A DNA stretch of 64,000 nucleotides, from the NCBI RefSeq assembly GCF_009914755.1, contig NC_060938.1. One strand, written 5' to 3'. A program made the translations under genes and the position numbers. Each line of letters starts with the position of its first letter. The stretch's first letter is position 1. The stretch comes from the human T2T-CHM13v2.0 reference genome, Homo sapiens. The notes under the pieces are model-generated. The model worked only from the letters and a program-made list of their open reading frames with translations, searched no databases and had not been told where the DNA came from. This document shows, piece by piece, positions 34,250 to 53,970 of this stretch.

Positions 34250-36680
34250 TTGGTTTACAAATATAAAACTGTATGGAGTAATAGCCAAGTTCTTAGACAT
34301 TTTATTTTTAGTCCTCTCTAAAATTAAAAATGTTTATAAAAGCACATTTCTTGTTTGAAATTTAGCTTTGAAATTTGGCTTTCCAAGCTAACTAAGTCAT
34401 GCTACATTTACTTTAGGTTGATTTAACAAAGCTTGGGTTAAAAAACTTTAAGACCATTAGTAAAGTTTTCACTACTATACCATGTAGGAATTAAAAAAAA
34501 AAAAAACCCTGCAACAACAAGTAAATAAGGATTAAAGTTCTTTAAAGAATTTAGTCTGACAACCAAATTTTCCCACACGTCTGGAGTAAGTTACCAAATC
34601 ATGATAGTGGGTTGAATATCAGCAAGAAAGATGTTTTAGCTGCTTTCAATAATGGAATATTTTACTTTAGGTGATGAGCACATAGGCAAACTTTCAGTGC
34701 GTCAGATGTATCAGTAGGATATGCTAGTGTAAGCAGTAAAATATGATTTGGGGTTGGGTAGACTTCCAAAGCTGCAGAATAAGGGTCTACACAGCCTCTC
34801 TCCCAAGCAAAACACAGCTTATCTGCTGAAAAAATTTAAAACATTATTTAAAGTCCCTGTATATTGTCCTAAAGTCATAGAGCAAACAGGGAAATATTCA
34901 TTCAAGGAAACTCACTAAATCTCAGTAACAACACAGAGCTTTTGATATATGAATTACAACTTGTTTCCTTGCCCCACTCCCTCAGCTCAATGTTGCAGAA
35001 GTTTTGCCCTGGGCATTCTACTCAGGCCTAGAAGACAGAGGTTCCCTCTCTCTCCAGCTTCCAATCTGGAGCTATGGCTTCATCAGGGAAGAGACAGGTT
35101 ACTAGAGGCATTTCTCATCCTTCTCTAGCCCCATGTTACAGAAGATCTATTTTAGATAGGTGTGGCTGAAAGAACCAGGTCTGCTCTCCCTCCCTCCCTC
35201 TCTTAGGGCAGAAGCTCCAGGAACAAAACGTTGAGAGTCTCAATCTTCCCCATTCTAGCTTGCTCATAGGGTAGAGATTCTGCCAGAAGAGCGAGCTAAG
35301 ACCAGGGACTGCCAACTCCTCCCAAGTGCTGACTTGTAGAGTGACACTGCCACTCCAGGAAAAGCTGGTCCGTGACCCCAGGTCAGGTTGTAGTGAGAGA
35401 TAGGTTTTGCCTAAGGTGAAAAGCAGGTTATAAGGACAAAGAACTCTGTAGCAGTTCTGCCTGAAAGGGCTGACATTATTTGCAACAGAGCTTGGAGGAA
35501 AGCAATTAAGAGAAGCTGGCAGCCCTATGACAAGCAAAACAGACAGAACTTTAATAGAATCAGGAAACGAGACAGCCAAGAAGGACCCTTTGGGGATCAC
35601 AGTCAATTTTGGAGTTCAAAAACCCTGTGCACATACACTAGGCTGCACCCAATAAGGAACAATTAGAGTAAGATGTAGGACGGACAGACATGAAAGCATT
35701 CCCAAAGTCACACAGAGACTTATCAAAACAAGGTAAATCCTCACTGGCACTGAATAACCTGAACTCAGGGTCGACTCCTGGGAAGCTAAGACTTAAAAAT
35801 AACATCCAGTCATTCCTTGCAGTCTGGAAGACCGTGTGCATACCCAAGGATGTACCCTCTTTAGAGTAATCAGGAGTGAACCTTCAAGCTATTAGTCTCC
35901 TGGTGCATGTGGGACAAAAAAAACATAAACACTCTAAACTGTGATAGTAGCCTCCAAGCCACACACATCCAACAGTAAATGATAAAAATCAAATGGTAAG
36001 GGGAAAAAAATCATACTGGTAAGGGGACTAAGCACAAACTTTGACCAATAAGTACGTGATAACCCAGGGAAGACCCCTCATTAGCCAGGCTAAAAGAAAA
36101 ACAATTTTTAAAAAATCTGAGCATGGAGATCAGAGGCTAATTACTGGGGGGAAACCAAGTTGTTAGAAAATAAACAAATGACCAAGCAAACACCAACCAA
36201 CAATATATTTTTGGATTCAAAGACACAGATAAAGTTGAAGTCAAAGGAATGGAAACAAGTACCATAAAATAGAAACCAACAGAGCTACAGTGGCTATACT
36301 AATGTAAGACTTTAGAACAAAAAATGTTAGAGATAGAGATATTTCATAATGATACAATGTCAACCTAACAGGAAAATATGAAAATTACAAATATATATGC
36401 ACCCAAAAACAGAGCCCCAAAATACATGATGCAAAACAAAGACAGAGCTGAAGGCAGAAACAGACATTTCCTCAATAATAGTTGAAGATTTTAATATCCC
36501 ACTTTCAATAATGGACAGAACAACTAGAAAATATCAACAAGGAAACAGAAGACTTGAACAATAATATGACAACCGGACCTACCTGACATCTACAGAATAC
36601 TCTATCCTACAGTAGCAAAAAATACATTCTTCTCAAGCATATGTGAAACAACTTACAGGATAGACCATAAAACAAGCCTT

Positions 36681-37117
<437 letters not shown>

Positions 37118-37378
37118 TTACTCCTAAATTACCAGTGGGTCAAAGAATAAATCTCAAGGGAAATGAGAAAATACTTAGAGATGAATGAAAATAAAAAATG
37201 AAAATAAAAAGAGAGAATGAATGAAAATATGGCCTGTAAGTAAAGAAGTGCTCATTGGGAAATTTACAGATCTAAATGCCTCTATTAAAAAAGATTTCAT
37301 TCACCTCCTTTCAGAATGAAAGAACAAAAAGTTTTAAAAAAGATTTCATACCAATAACCAAACCTTCCACCTTACAAA

Positions 37379-37690
37379 ACTGGCACAGTGGTTCATACCT
37401 GTAATCCCAGTACTTGGGGAGGCCAAGGTAGAAGAACTGCTTGAGCCCAGGAGTTCGAGACCAGCCTGGGCAACACAGAGAGACCCCATCTCTACAAAAA
37501 GAAAAAAACCAGCTGGGTGTGATGGTGCACACCAGTGGTCCCAGGGCCCCTACTTGGGGAGGCTAAGATGGGAGGATCACTTGAGCCTGGGAGTTCCAGG
37601 CTGCAGTGACCCATGATTGTGCCACTGCACTCCAGCCTGGGTGACACGGTGAGACCCTGTCTCCAAAAAAAAAAAAAAAGAAAAAAAGAA
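37379..37690 (+). mobile_element. AluJ
   Basis: Diverged Alu dimer with poly-A tail. Confidence 0.88.
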
Positions 37691-38004
37691 AGCACAATTA
37701 AATTCAAAGCAAGCAGAAGAAAGAAAAGAAAATAATAAAGACTACAGTGGAAATAAATAAAATAGAAGAGAAAAACAATAGAGAAAAAAATCAATGAACC
37801 CAAAAGTTGGCTCTTTAAGATGATCAACAAAATTAACCATCTTTAGCTAGACTAAGCAATAAAAAAAGACTCAAAATGACTACAGTCAGGAATGAAAGAA
37901 GGGACACCACTATATATTTTACAGAAATAAAAAATATTATAAGGAAATGCTATAAGCATTTGTATGCCAACAAATTAAATTAGATAAAATGATCAAATTC
38001 CTAG

Positions 38005-38317
<313 letters not shown>

Positions 38318-38856
38318 AAAAGACACAATTTCTAAAACCAACCTTAAAAAGAAACAGAATACCCGAATAGACCTATAACAAATGAAGACATTGAATTAAT
38401 AATTTGATTAGAAAGGAAGAAGCAAAAATATCTGACTTGCACATGAGGTGACTTTTTATATAGAAAATCCTAAGGAATCCGCTAAAAAGGCTATTAGAGC
38501 TAATAAACAAGTTCAGCAAGGCTGCAAGATATAAGATCAAATACACAAAAACTGATGTTCCATACACTAGCAATAAACAAGCCAAAAACAAAAAACAAAA
38601 TTTTAAAAATTCTTTTATAATAGCACCCAAAAGAATAATACTTGGGTATAAATTTACTGTGAAGTGCAAAACTTATATTTTGAAAATTATAAAACATTGT
38701 TGAAAGAAATTAAAGATCTACATTAAAAAAAAGTCATGTTCATGGGCCTAAAGACTTAATATTGTTAAGATGATAGCATCCCCCAAACTGATCTACAGAT
38801 TTAATGTAATCCCTATCAAAATCCCAGCTGCCTTTGAAATAGAAATTGGCAAGCTT

Positions 38857-39490
<634 letters not shown>

Positions 39491-39827
39491 AACAGGAAAA
39501 AAACCCTCTGAAATTGACTAGCTCATCCTAAAATTCACAGGAAAATGTAATAGACCCAAAATGGCCAAAACAATCTTGAAAAAGAATAGAATTGGAGAAC
39601 TCATACTTCTTGATTTCAAAACTTGCTACAAAAGTCATCAAAGCACTCATAGTAATGATGTAAGATGAGACATACAAATCAGTGGAACAGAATCATGTGA
39701 CCAGAAATAAACTCATATTTATAGTTAATTGCTTTTTGATAATGGTATCAAGACATTTCAATGAATAGTGTTTTCAACAAATGGTACTGGGACAACGAGA
39801 TATCTACATGAAAAAGAATGAAGTTGG

Positions 39828-40177
<350 letters not shown>

Positions 40178-40251
40178 TCAAAAATGTAAGGGCGGAAACT
40201 ATAAAACTCATTAAAACAAAAAATAAAAAACAACAAAGGATCTTACATTAG

Positions 40252-40573
<322 letters not shown>

Positions 40574-40798
40574 TAGGCAAGGTCTTTTTAAATACAACAC
40601 AAAAACACAAGTGACAAAATAAAAATAGGTAAACTGAACTTTGTCAAAATTAAATTTTTTGTGCTATGAGTGATGCCATCATGAAAGTGAAATGACAATT
40701 TACAGAATGAGAAAAAAATTGCAAATCATATATCTGATAAAGAACTTGTATCTAGAACATACATATAAAGAACTTTAAAGTCAATAGTAAAAGACCAA

Positions 40799-41130
<332 letters not shown>

Positions 41131-41151
41131 TAAAAAATAGGCAAAGACGTT

Positions 41152-41592
41152 TATATTATTTTCCTAGGGTTTCTGTAACAAATTACACAAACTAGGTTGC
41201 TTTCAACAAAAAATATTTATTCTCTCACAGTGCTGTATGCTAAAAGTCAGAAATCAAGGCATAGACAGGGCCATGCACCTTCCAAAGGTTCTAGGGGAGC
41301 ATCCTTCCTTGCCTCTTCTAAGATTCTAGCTGTTGCTGACAATTCTTCAGCATTTCTTGGCTTGTGGCTGTATGACTACAATTTCTGCTTCCATCTCTAC
41401 ATACCCATCTTTCCCGTGTATGCAGAAGTGTTTCTTCACGTGGCTTTCTTATAAGGACACAAGTAATCAGATTTAGGGTCAAATCTAGTGCAGTGTGACC
41501 TCATCATAACTCTGAAAACTCTACTTCCAAATTGCACTCTGAGTTTCAGGGTGGACATGAGATTCTGAGAGAATACAATTCAACCCAGTACA
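41152..41592 (-). mobile_element. MLT1C-like MaLR LTR
   Basis: tttcctagggtttctgtaacaaattac...tttattctctcacag...caattcaacccagtaca. Confidence 0.8.
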
Positions 41593-44194
41593 CATTTAAA
41601 TAGGCATTTTTTCAAAGAACATATATATAGTCAATTATCATAGCAATGAAAAATACTCATGATAAGTCATTAGGGAAATGCAAATCAAAATCATGAGATA
41701 TTTTAGGCTGATCAAAGCTGTACAGGAAAAAGCAATACTAAAAAAATCTCACAAACTCACAAGATTCCACTTTATATCCACTAAGACGAGTATAATAAAA
41801 AAGAATGACAATAACGAGTGTAGGCTAGGGCATGGAGAGTATGTAACACTCATACACCATCGGTGGGAAGGTAAAATGGTACAGCTGGTGTGTAAAACAG
41901 TTTGCAGTTCCTCCAATGGTGAAACAGAGAGTTATCATATCATCCAGCAATTCTACTCCTAGGTATATATTCAAAACATGTCCACACAAAAAACTGTACA
42001 TGAATGTTCACAGCAGCATTATTCATATTCGCCCAAAAGTGAAACCAACTGAAATGTCCATCGACTGATGAATGGATAAACAAATATTTATCAATATAAT
42101 GAGATATTTTCTGGTAATAAAAAGAAATAAAGTAGAAACATGCTGCATCGTGAATGAACTTTGAAATCATCATGCTAAGTAAAAAAAAAGCTGCCACAAA
42201 AACCCACATATTATTTGATTCCATTTATATGAAATTTCCAGAATAGGCAAATTTATAGAGACAGAAAGTAGATATGTGTTATCTAAGGCTGGGGGGAAAG
42301 AAAGGCTGGTGGGTAATGGATACCAGGTTTCTTTTCAGAGGGACTAAAATAATCTAAAAATGAGATTGGGGTGATAGTTGTACAACCCTGTGAATATACT
42401 AAAAATATGTACACTTTAAATGAATTAACTGTATTGCATGTAAAATATGTCTCAGTCAAGATATTAAAATTTTAATTTGAAAGCATCTATTAAGTGTAAA
42501 TTCTAATTGTGAAAGAAAAAAAACTCAGTGTTTTTGCTTCTTCAGGTAAAGGGCTATCAATTAGAGCTCATAAATAATAATTTATAAAATTGAGAAGAGC
42601 TGGATAGAAATCTTCATCTAATACTATATAAATTTAAAAGGTGAGAGAAGTATATGTGCCATATAGGAAAAAAACAGAAAATAAATCTTTAAAATGCAAT
42701 AAAAGAGAAGCAGAGTTCAGCTGCCCTTTATGTCAATTAATCTTTCACTACTCCTTCTTATTTTTCTCCTTACTAACTATGGCTGCTAAAATGTTTTATA
42801 TTGTCATTAGATTAATATGCACCACAATAGTGAATAATGAGGCAAATGTATTAGAAAAAATAGTTAAAATTAGTGAACTTGCAACTACAAATGTTCTATA
42901 AGAATATGTATAGTACTGGCAAAATATTATTAGCTCACTACTGGAAAACTCAAAGTGACATCTGTCAAGTTTTAAGCATTTCTAAATCCCTGTATATACC
43001 TTGCAATAAAATAATAATACATATCATTTTGTGATTTGAAATTTAAAACTCTGGTGGTTCAACCACAAGGAATAGGAAACAATTAGTCTAGGCAAAGAAA
43101 ATAAAGAATCTATAAATGGTCTAGTGAGGTAAGTCTGTTAACAAAGTAATCTTTCATTTTCTCCCGCCCTAGTCCTCCCTAGACAAGTAATCAGGTTTGT
43201 TTCCAGGTTTCCTGGTTTAAGAGGAAAGCTCAAAAATTGTCTTACTGTCATGTAATTAGAATGAATTCTTACTTGAGCTCATTGTATTGAAAAAACTATG
43301 TAGTTTTCTTTAAAATTATTTTTAAAAAGCAAACAAATAAATGTCATGCATTCATTTAATGTAGTGTATAAAAAAATGTATGCTGACTCAAGGCAATGTC
43401 TCCCCTTCAAGGTATGCATGAGAATGGAGGTTTGTATGAGAATTGAGGTATGTATTCATACCACAATTCATTCAAGGTATGTATGAGAACGGAGGCAGTT
43501 TAGCAGGAGCCAAGAAATAAAAAAGCATAAGGTAATTTAAATAAACTGAATAGCCAAGATGGCTGGTATGGGTTGAGCTCTAGACTGAAGAGTCTGGCCA
43601 GGCATTATTACGGAGTCACTAAGGAGTGTTCTCATTAACATCAAATTTTAACATTAGAAAGATTATGTTAGTGGTCAGGATTGTCTAGATGGGGAAGAGT
43701 CAGGAGATGAGATCCCACAGAGTACTTAGACAGTTGTTAAAACTGTCTTGGAAAGAAGTGATAAGGACATGAATCAATGAGTTGGGAGCGGTAAAGGCAA
43801 GAAGAGACAGAGTTGAGAGATAAAAAGAAGAATGGACATCATGATTATGAAAACCTAAAGGCAAGGGAAAGGGAAATGGTCAAATTTGGGTAACTCTGAA
43901 AGGGTACTTCTAAACATAAATATGACCATCAGGAGGAAGATCCGATTTTGAAAAGAAATGTGACCTAGAAATGATAGTAGAGAGGCAGGTAAAAGAAAAA
44001 TGAGGGAGATACCTATGTTATGAAGGTAAGAAACAGAAAATGAACCAGTGAAGACCTGGAATAATTAGAGAATTAGGAGTTGAACTGAGTAATTTTAGTG
44101 TCATAGAAGTTGGGGCAGAGGACTTTAAAATGATCAGAGAGAATTTTAAAAAGACAAAATAGATAACAATATTAGATATTTAATATAGGGGATT

Positions 44195-44440
44195 TAATAT
44201 ACAATAGATTTTTAGAGCAGTGAAACTATTCTGTGTGATACGCTAATGGTAGATACATGTCAGTACACATTTATCAAAACCAATAGAAAGAATGAGCCCT
44301 AATGTAAACTTTGGACTTCAGACACTAATGTAAGATGTAAATAATAGGGGAAACTCTACAGGGGGAATGGAGAATATATGGAAACTCTGTACTTTCCTAT
44401 CAGTTCTTTTGTAAATCGAAAACTGCTCTAGTTTTAAAAC
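44195..44440 (+). mobile_element. L1MC 3' UTR fragment
   Basis: tttagagcagtgaaactattctgtgtgatac...gccctaatgtaaactttggactt. Confidence 0.7.
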
Positions 44441-44935
44441 ACACCTATGAAGTTAAATTTAAATTTAATCAGATAAATTAATGAGGCTGGTGAGGACTAA
44501 AAGAACTTTAGACTTGATGGTCAGGATGCTAACCTTCAGAAAGACAGTTTCAGTATAGCAGTAGAGGTAGGAGCTAGGTAGTTCTGAGGTAAGCAAGACA
44601 GAAAAAGTGGTATGATTCCTGTTCCCAAGGACTTGACCATCTAGTACCAAGATATATTGTTATGGAGAACAATCAGAATTGAGAACCCACAGACTACTTA
44701 GAGAGTTCTTATAACCGTCTTGGAAAGAATAAGAATAGCTAAACAATAATGATAATAATAACTATGCTATATGATAAATGCTATGACAGGGACATGCTAC
44801 AGGGTTCTGTGAAAGCATATGGAAGGAGATTCAAACATAGTCTGGGAAGGAAGGTGAAGCATAGGAGTAGATTAAGGTAAAGCTTTCCATATAAAGTGAT
44901 GTTTAAGCTGAGACTTCAGGAATGGACAGGAGGGG

Positions 44936-45353
44936 GACTGGGAATGGTGGTTCACACCTGTAATCCCAGCACTTTGGGAGGCTGAGGCGGGTGGATCACC
45001 TAAGGCGAGGAGTTACAGATCAGTCTGGCCAACATGGTGAAACCCCGTCTCTACTAAAAATACAAAAATTAGGCTGGGCACAGTGGCGCATGCCTGTAAT
45101 CCCAGCACTTTGGGAGGCTGAGGCAGGCAGATCGCTTGAGGTCAGGAGTTCGAGACCAGCTTGGCCAATATGGTGAAACCCCATTTCTACTAAAAATACA
45201 AAAATTAGCTGGGCGTGGTGGCGCATGCCTGTAATCCCAGCTACTCAGGAGTCTGAGGCAGGAGAATCACTTGAACCCCGAAGGCGGAGGTTGCAGTGAG
45301 CCGTTATCATGTCATTGAACTCCAGCCTGGGTGACAACAGCAAAACTCCATCC
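44936..45353 (+). mobile_element. Alu left monomer fused to a full AluS (three-monomer array) with no poly-A tail
   Basis: Left arm 44936-45071, then a complete Alu 45072-45353 ending in (TG)n/G-run. Confidence 0.88.
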
Positions 45354-47094
45354 TGTGTGTGTGTGTGTGGGGTGGGGGGGGGGGGGGGGAAGGGGGTGAA
45401 TTTACAGCCTAAGATTATTTCATTGTTAAATAATAAAGTATGAAACAAAGATAAATAGAAATCAATTCCAGATATAAGAAAAAGGAAATAAACTTTATAA
45501 AAAAGAAAATAATGAAACAGAAAATAATGAGTTAGAAACAGAACATAACAGAATGTAACAAATTAGGACCTGTTTCTTTGAAAAGACTGAGCAGATTGTC
45601 TGCATCAAGAAAATTTTAAAAAACCACAAAAAACTAAAATGAAAAAGAAAATTTAATAAAAATTATAACACCATGTATGAATCTCTACTAGTATCTATTT
45701 AGAAGTCTCAATGAAATGGATTTTTAGAAAATAGAAAACAAAACAAAACAAAAAGTAAAATTTTCCCAAGAGCTAAAACCTGGAAAGAGTAATAAGGATG
45801 AAACAAACTGAAAGAAAAATTAGAAATGTTATGATTTCTTCCAAAACTTTAAGCAACAGATAATATTCATGTTATGAAGCTGGGTATAACCTCAATTCTA
45901 AAAACATAACAGGAACAGGACAAAAAATAACTACATAATCTGCTAATAGTGGACTATAACCGAACTCAAAATGAAATTCTGGTAAATCTAACACAACGAG
46001 AAGCCAAAAGATCAGGCAGGGTTTAGCTCAAAAATGCAAATATCATTTGATATTAGCAGTCTAGTGATATTAAAATACAATATACACCAATTAGTTAAAA
46101 AATCAAAACTATATGAAAATTTGAATAGATGCTGAAAATAATTTTGATATAATTTAACATCCTTTCCATATAAGAACTCCTAGAAAACAGGGTACTTTTT
46201 CAGCACAATAAAAATTATCTTTTTAAAACTAATAACTAATATCTTCCTTAATGATGAAACAGAAGAGTTGTTTTCATCAGAATCAGGAAAGACAAGGATG
46301 TCCACTGTTACTATACTATTAAACACTATCCTGCAAGTTCTGGTCAGTGCAATAAGACGTGATATAAGCAAAGACAAGCATAACTACTAGAAAGGAGATT
46401 ATCTGTAGATAATGATTATATATCTAGACAAATCCTGAGACAGACAATAAAATGCTTAAAATCAATAAGAGAATTCACTTCAGTGTTTGTAAACAAAGTA
46501 AATATTAAAAAGAGAAAAACCTAGAAAACGTAATGGGGGAAAAATCCTATTCAGAATATCAATAAAACAATAAAACATCTAGAAATATACAAACAAGAAA
46601 TGTCTGGGTCTCAGAATAAATGAAAACATACTATAATTACTAATGGGAAGAATGATGATTATGATGGTGCTTTGCTTTTTCTACATGAGAGTTTTATTGA
46701 ATATCCAATCAAATACCAATGGGATTTTTTTTTCTGAAAAACAACAGCATAATTTTAAATGTATCTGGAAGAATAAGTAGGTGAGACTATCAAAGAAAAG
46801 AGGAATAATGTGTGTGGGTGCAGTGAGGAAGAAGACTTGGCCTATCAGATATTAAAATATATTATAAAGCTATATTAAAGTGTAATATTTACACAAAAAT
46901 GATAGACAAATCTAACCAGAAGACTGTAAGTGTTAGAAGGAGCAAGATTACATGAAAAAAGATAAATAAATAAAAGAGTACAACTAGAATGTAACAAAAA
47001 GAATGAATACCCCATTTTCCATGATGTGATTTATTACACACTGCATGTCTGTATCAAAACATCTTATGTACCCCATTAAATATATACACCTACA

Positions 47095-50265
<3,171 letters not shown>

Positions 50266-50553
50266 AAATATATACACTTACAATGTGCCCACAAAAATAA
50301 AACATAAAATAAAAATGATAGACAAAGCAACAGAAATAAACAGCTGTGAAGCAGAGAGCTTAATATTTAATAAAGGAAGCATCAAATCAATGGCAAAGGT
50401 ATAGTTTATTCAACAAATTATTAAAATAGACTGTTTTTCAACATTCAAACTAGTTCCAGTTATCATTCCACAAATCAGAATATATTTCAAAATGAATAAA
50501 GAATTAAATGTAAAATAATTACCACCTCAATGAAATAAAGATCTAGAAGGACA

Positions 50554-50838
50554 GGCTGGGCACAATGGCTCATGCCTATAATCCCAGCACTTTGGGAGGC
50601 TGAGGCAGGTGAATCACTTGAGGCTAGGTGTTCAAGGCCAGCCTGGCCAACATGGCAAAACCCTGTCTCTTATACTAAAAGTACAAAATTAGCCAGGTGT
50701 GATGTGTGGTCAGAAGGCTGAGGCACATGAATCACTTGAACCTGGGAGGTAGAGACTGCAGTGAGCTGAAGTTGTGCCATTGCACTTCCAGCCTGGGCAA
50801 CAGAGGAAGACTCTGTCTCAAAAAAAAAAAAAAAAAAA
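50554..50838 (+). mobile_element. AluS/J with short internal deletion
   Basis: Alu dimer lacking the cctgtaatcccagctact segment near 50705. Confidence 0.87.
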
Positions 50839-51046
50839 TCTAGAGAGAAATAAGGAAATGTACTAGAATATTTAACTGATTTCAAGACAGAACTGTTTAA
50901 GCACAACAAATAATTCAAGAAATCCAAAGAAAAAAATTGAGAGAAATGATACATAAAACGAAAAAATATGTAGGTTAAATGATCTGAAGTTGACAACTGA
51001 AAACTAAACAACCAGGAAAGCTCCCACGAATAGCACGAAAGTTAAT

Positions 51047-51111
51047 CTCTCTCTCTCTCTCACACACACAGACATACACACACACAGACACACAGACATA
51101 CACACACACAC
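51047..51111. repeat. Compound (CT)n(CA)n microsatellite
   Basis: ctctctctctctct followed by interrupted cacacaca repeats. Confidence 0.9.
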
Positions 51112-51521
51112 GGAGAGTTCTTACAATTAAGAAAAATTCCTAAATAGATAACTAGAAAAAGAACACCAACAGAGAATTTGAAAACAGATGAAAATTTCCT
51201 ACAAATATGTGGAAAATATTAACATCACTAGCAGAAGAGAAAAAAAAATTAAAGAGGTACCATGATCTGCTTCTCAAGCTATAAAGGTTAAAAAAGGGTG
51301 ATTAGTATCTGGTGATGGCCAGGTTGAAGTTATATAGGTGTTGTTACAAAATGTTGGTGAAATTACAAATTATTACTTAATAGAAGCAATTTCCCAATAT
51401 ACATGGCATGAAATATCCTGATACGATTTGACCTAAATAATTCTATTCCTGGGACTCTATCCTGCGGCAAGAAATTAAAAACAACTTAAATGTCCAACAA
51501 TCATAAAACCTGGCATCATAA

Positions 51522-51837
<316 letters not shown>

Positions 51838-52646
51838 TTATCTTTGAAGAGTATCTAAATGACTGAGGAAATGCTCACAATATAATACAACGCAAAAAAA
51901 AAAAAAAAAAACAACTTGGTAATATCCCTATGATTCCAGTTCCGTAAAAAAAAAAAAAAAAAAAAGGAGTACAGTGTTATATAGATTATATTTTTGTTTT
52001 ATATTTTCTGTAATAACCAAATAATTATTTTTAAGATCATTTTGAGAAAAGCTAAAAACAACAACCAAAACCAGTTAGAAATTACAGGAAGTGAGTAAAG
52101 ATCATATTTCTCCATAAATTTGGTAGTAAAAGGAATGAGAGATCTGGATAGGACTATAGCTTGAAAGTAGAGTAACTGAGGAAAGTTTTGTTTTATGCTT
52201 TGTTTTGTTTAAAGGCAGATAACAAACAAGTTTATTAAGAGGAACACGAAGAAATATAACATAAAGAGGAGATAACTTTTTGAAGACGATCCTGAAGCAG
52301 GCAGAGATGGCAGAAAGCAGAAGTACAAATAGAAAAAAAAAAAGGCTTTTCTCAAACTGAAGGTGAGCAAGAAACGATGGCTCAATACAGAAATTTTAAA
52401 GAAGAGAGGAAGATATAGAATTGTTTGATGTGGGAATGGTCTGAATCATCTTACTCACTATGCATTCCTATGGGTAGCTTTTTTCAAACTTGCTTCCCAA
52501 TCTGTCAGAATCACTGGATTTAATTAATGAGAGATGTGACTAAGGTTTGCTTAAACATGGGAAAAACCAAAGGCTATTTTACAGGTCCAGTTAGTTTTCT
52601 GTGATTCAAAAGATGATTCTGAAATGCATAAAAAAGGCATAAACAA

Positions 52647-52910
52647 GCCAGGCGCGGTGGCTCACGCCTGTAATCCCAGCACTTTGGGAGGCCGAGGCGG
52701 GCAGATCACAAGGTCAGGAGATCGAAACCATTCTGGTTCACTCAGTGAAACCCCATCTCTACTAAAAAATACAAAAAAAAGTTAGCCGGGTGTGGTGGTG
52801 GGTGCCTGTAGTCCCAGCTACTCCGGAGGCTGAGCGGAGATCATGCCACTGCACTCAAGCCTGGGTGACAGTGGGAGACTCTGTCTCAAAAAAAAAAAAA
52901 AAAAAAAAAA
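52647..52910 (+). mobile_element. AluY/Sc8-like with about 45-bp right-arm deletion
   Basis: ggaggctgag|cggagatc junction; TSD AAAAAAGGCATAAACAA. Confidence 0.9.
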
Positions 52911-53097
52911 GGCATAAACAATTCAAAGACACCCAACATTCTATGCAGTCCTAAATTTTCCTTAAAAAACTTTTGCTCAGAAAGTTATAAATCAATAACA
53001 CAGTATTATATACTATTTAAAATATTATTCACAGTATTATTCTAAAAGAGAAATACCTGAGAGTTGCTAGTTATGTGAAGATTTTCCAACAACTTAC

Positions 53098-53169
53098 CAC
53101 TGCCTTGAATCCAAGTTCCTAAGTTCTCTAAGTAGCTTTTCATTTTTCTTCAGGAGATGAAAGCTCCTC
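53098..53169 (-). CDS. RALGAPA1: RALGAPA1 internal coding exon (72 nt, phase 2-2): (R)RSFHLLKKNEKLLRELRNLDSRQ(C)
   Basis: Acceptor tctctatttag|GAG and donor CAGTG|gtaagt. Phases match both neighbours. Too short for the ORF track; read by hand. Confidence 0.93.
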
Positions 53170-53856
53170 CTAAATAGAGAGATTTATAAACATTTTCATC
53201 ACCTTTGCAGTGAATGACAAGACAGTCCCGGAAATACTTTCCACTCTACTCATGCAACTTTTCTACTTTTCTTGCCTTTTCATACTTCTAACACAAAGGA
53301 GAACAGACCCTAAAAAAAATGTAAAGAATATACGTCATTATTTCCACCAGGTGTTCATACATTTCTGCTAGTGGATCATATCAATTGGCCACTTGAATCT
53401 TTCCTTGCAGATGTTGTGAGCCTCCTAAACTCATATCCAGGAAAATGGATAAAAGTACTTTGTATTTCTTTTCAAGAGTCTCATAAAAATATGTGAGAAA
53501 GTTGTATCTCATGAGAAATAAAATATTCACAGAATCTATATCATTATCAAGTAAGCAAGTGTAATCCAGATGGAATTTTCTTTCTTCCTTGTTTTATAAT
53601 TTTTAGACTACAAAGCAGTGAATAATTTTACCAAATCCCTTCCATGGGTGCTAAATATGTACAAATTATTTTCATAAAATCAATGCTTGCTGAAGTAAAA
53701 TACAGCTTCTCATCTTTAATTTTTCCCAAGGGACAACATACGGACCATTCTACAGCAAAAGAGAGTAGAATGCATTTATACCATAACTGACATAACTGAG
53801 TGGCAATTACCTATATTTGGTCATACCATATGGCAAACTGTTCCTGAGATATAACA

Positions 53857-53970
53857 TTTCCTATAAGGCAGAGGATATTCTCTTCTAATAAACGGCTTTC
53901 CTATATTCCTTATTCCCTTCTAATAAGAGGCTTTCCTATAAGGCAGAGGATATTCCCTTCTAATAAGCGG
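53857..53970. repeat. About 40-bp tandem repeat, 3 copies
   Basis: Unit tttcctataaggcagaggatattc(t/c)cttctaataa; middle copy is altered. Confidence 0.85.

Noticed and set aside
35136-35606. 156-aa minus-strand ORF as a novel protein or ORF0 analogue
   Set aside because: It lies in a decayed L1M 5'-UTR-like region and has no recognisable domain or splice context.
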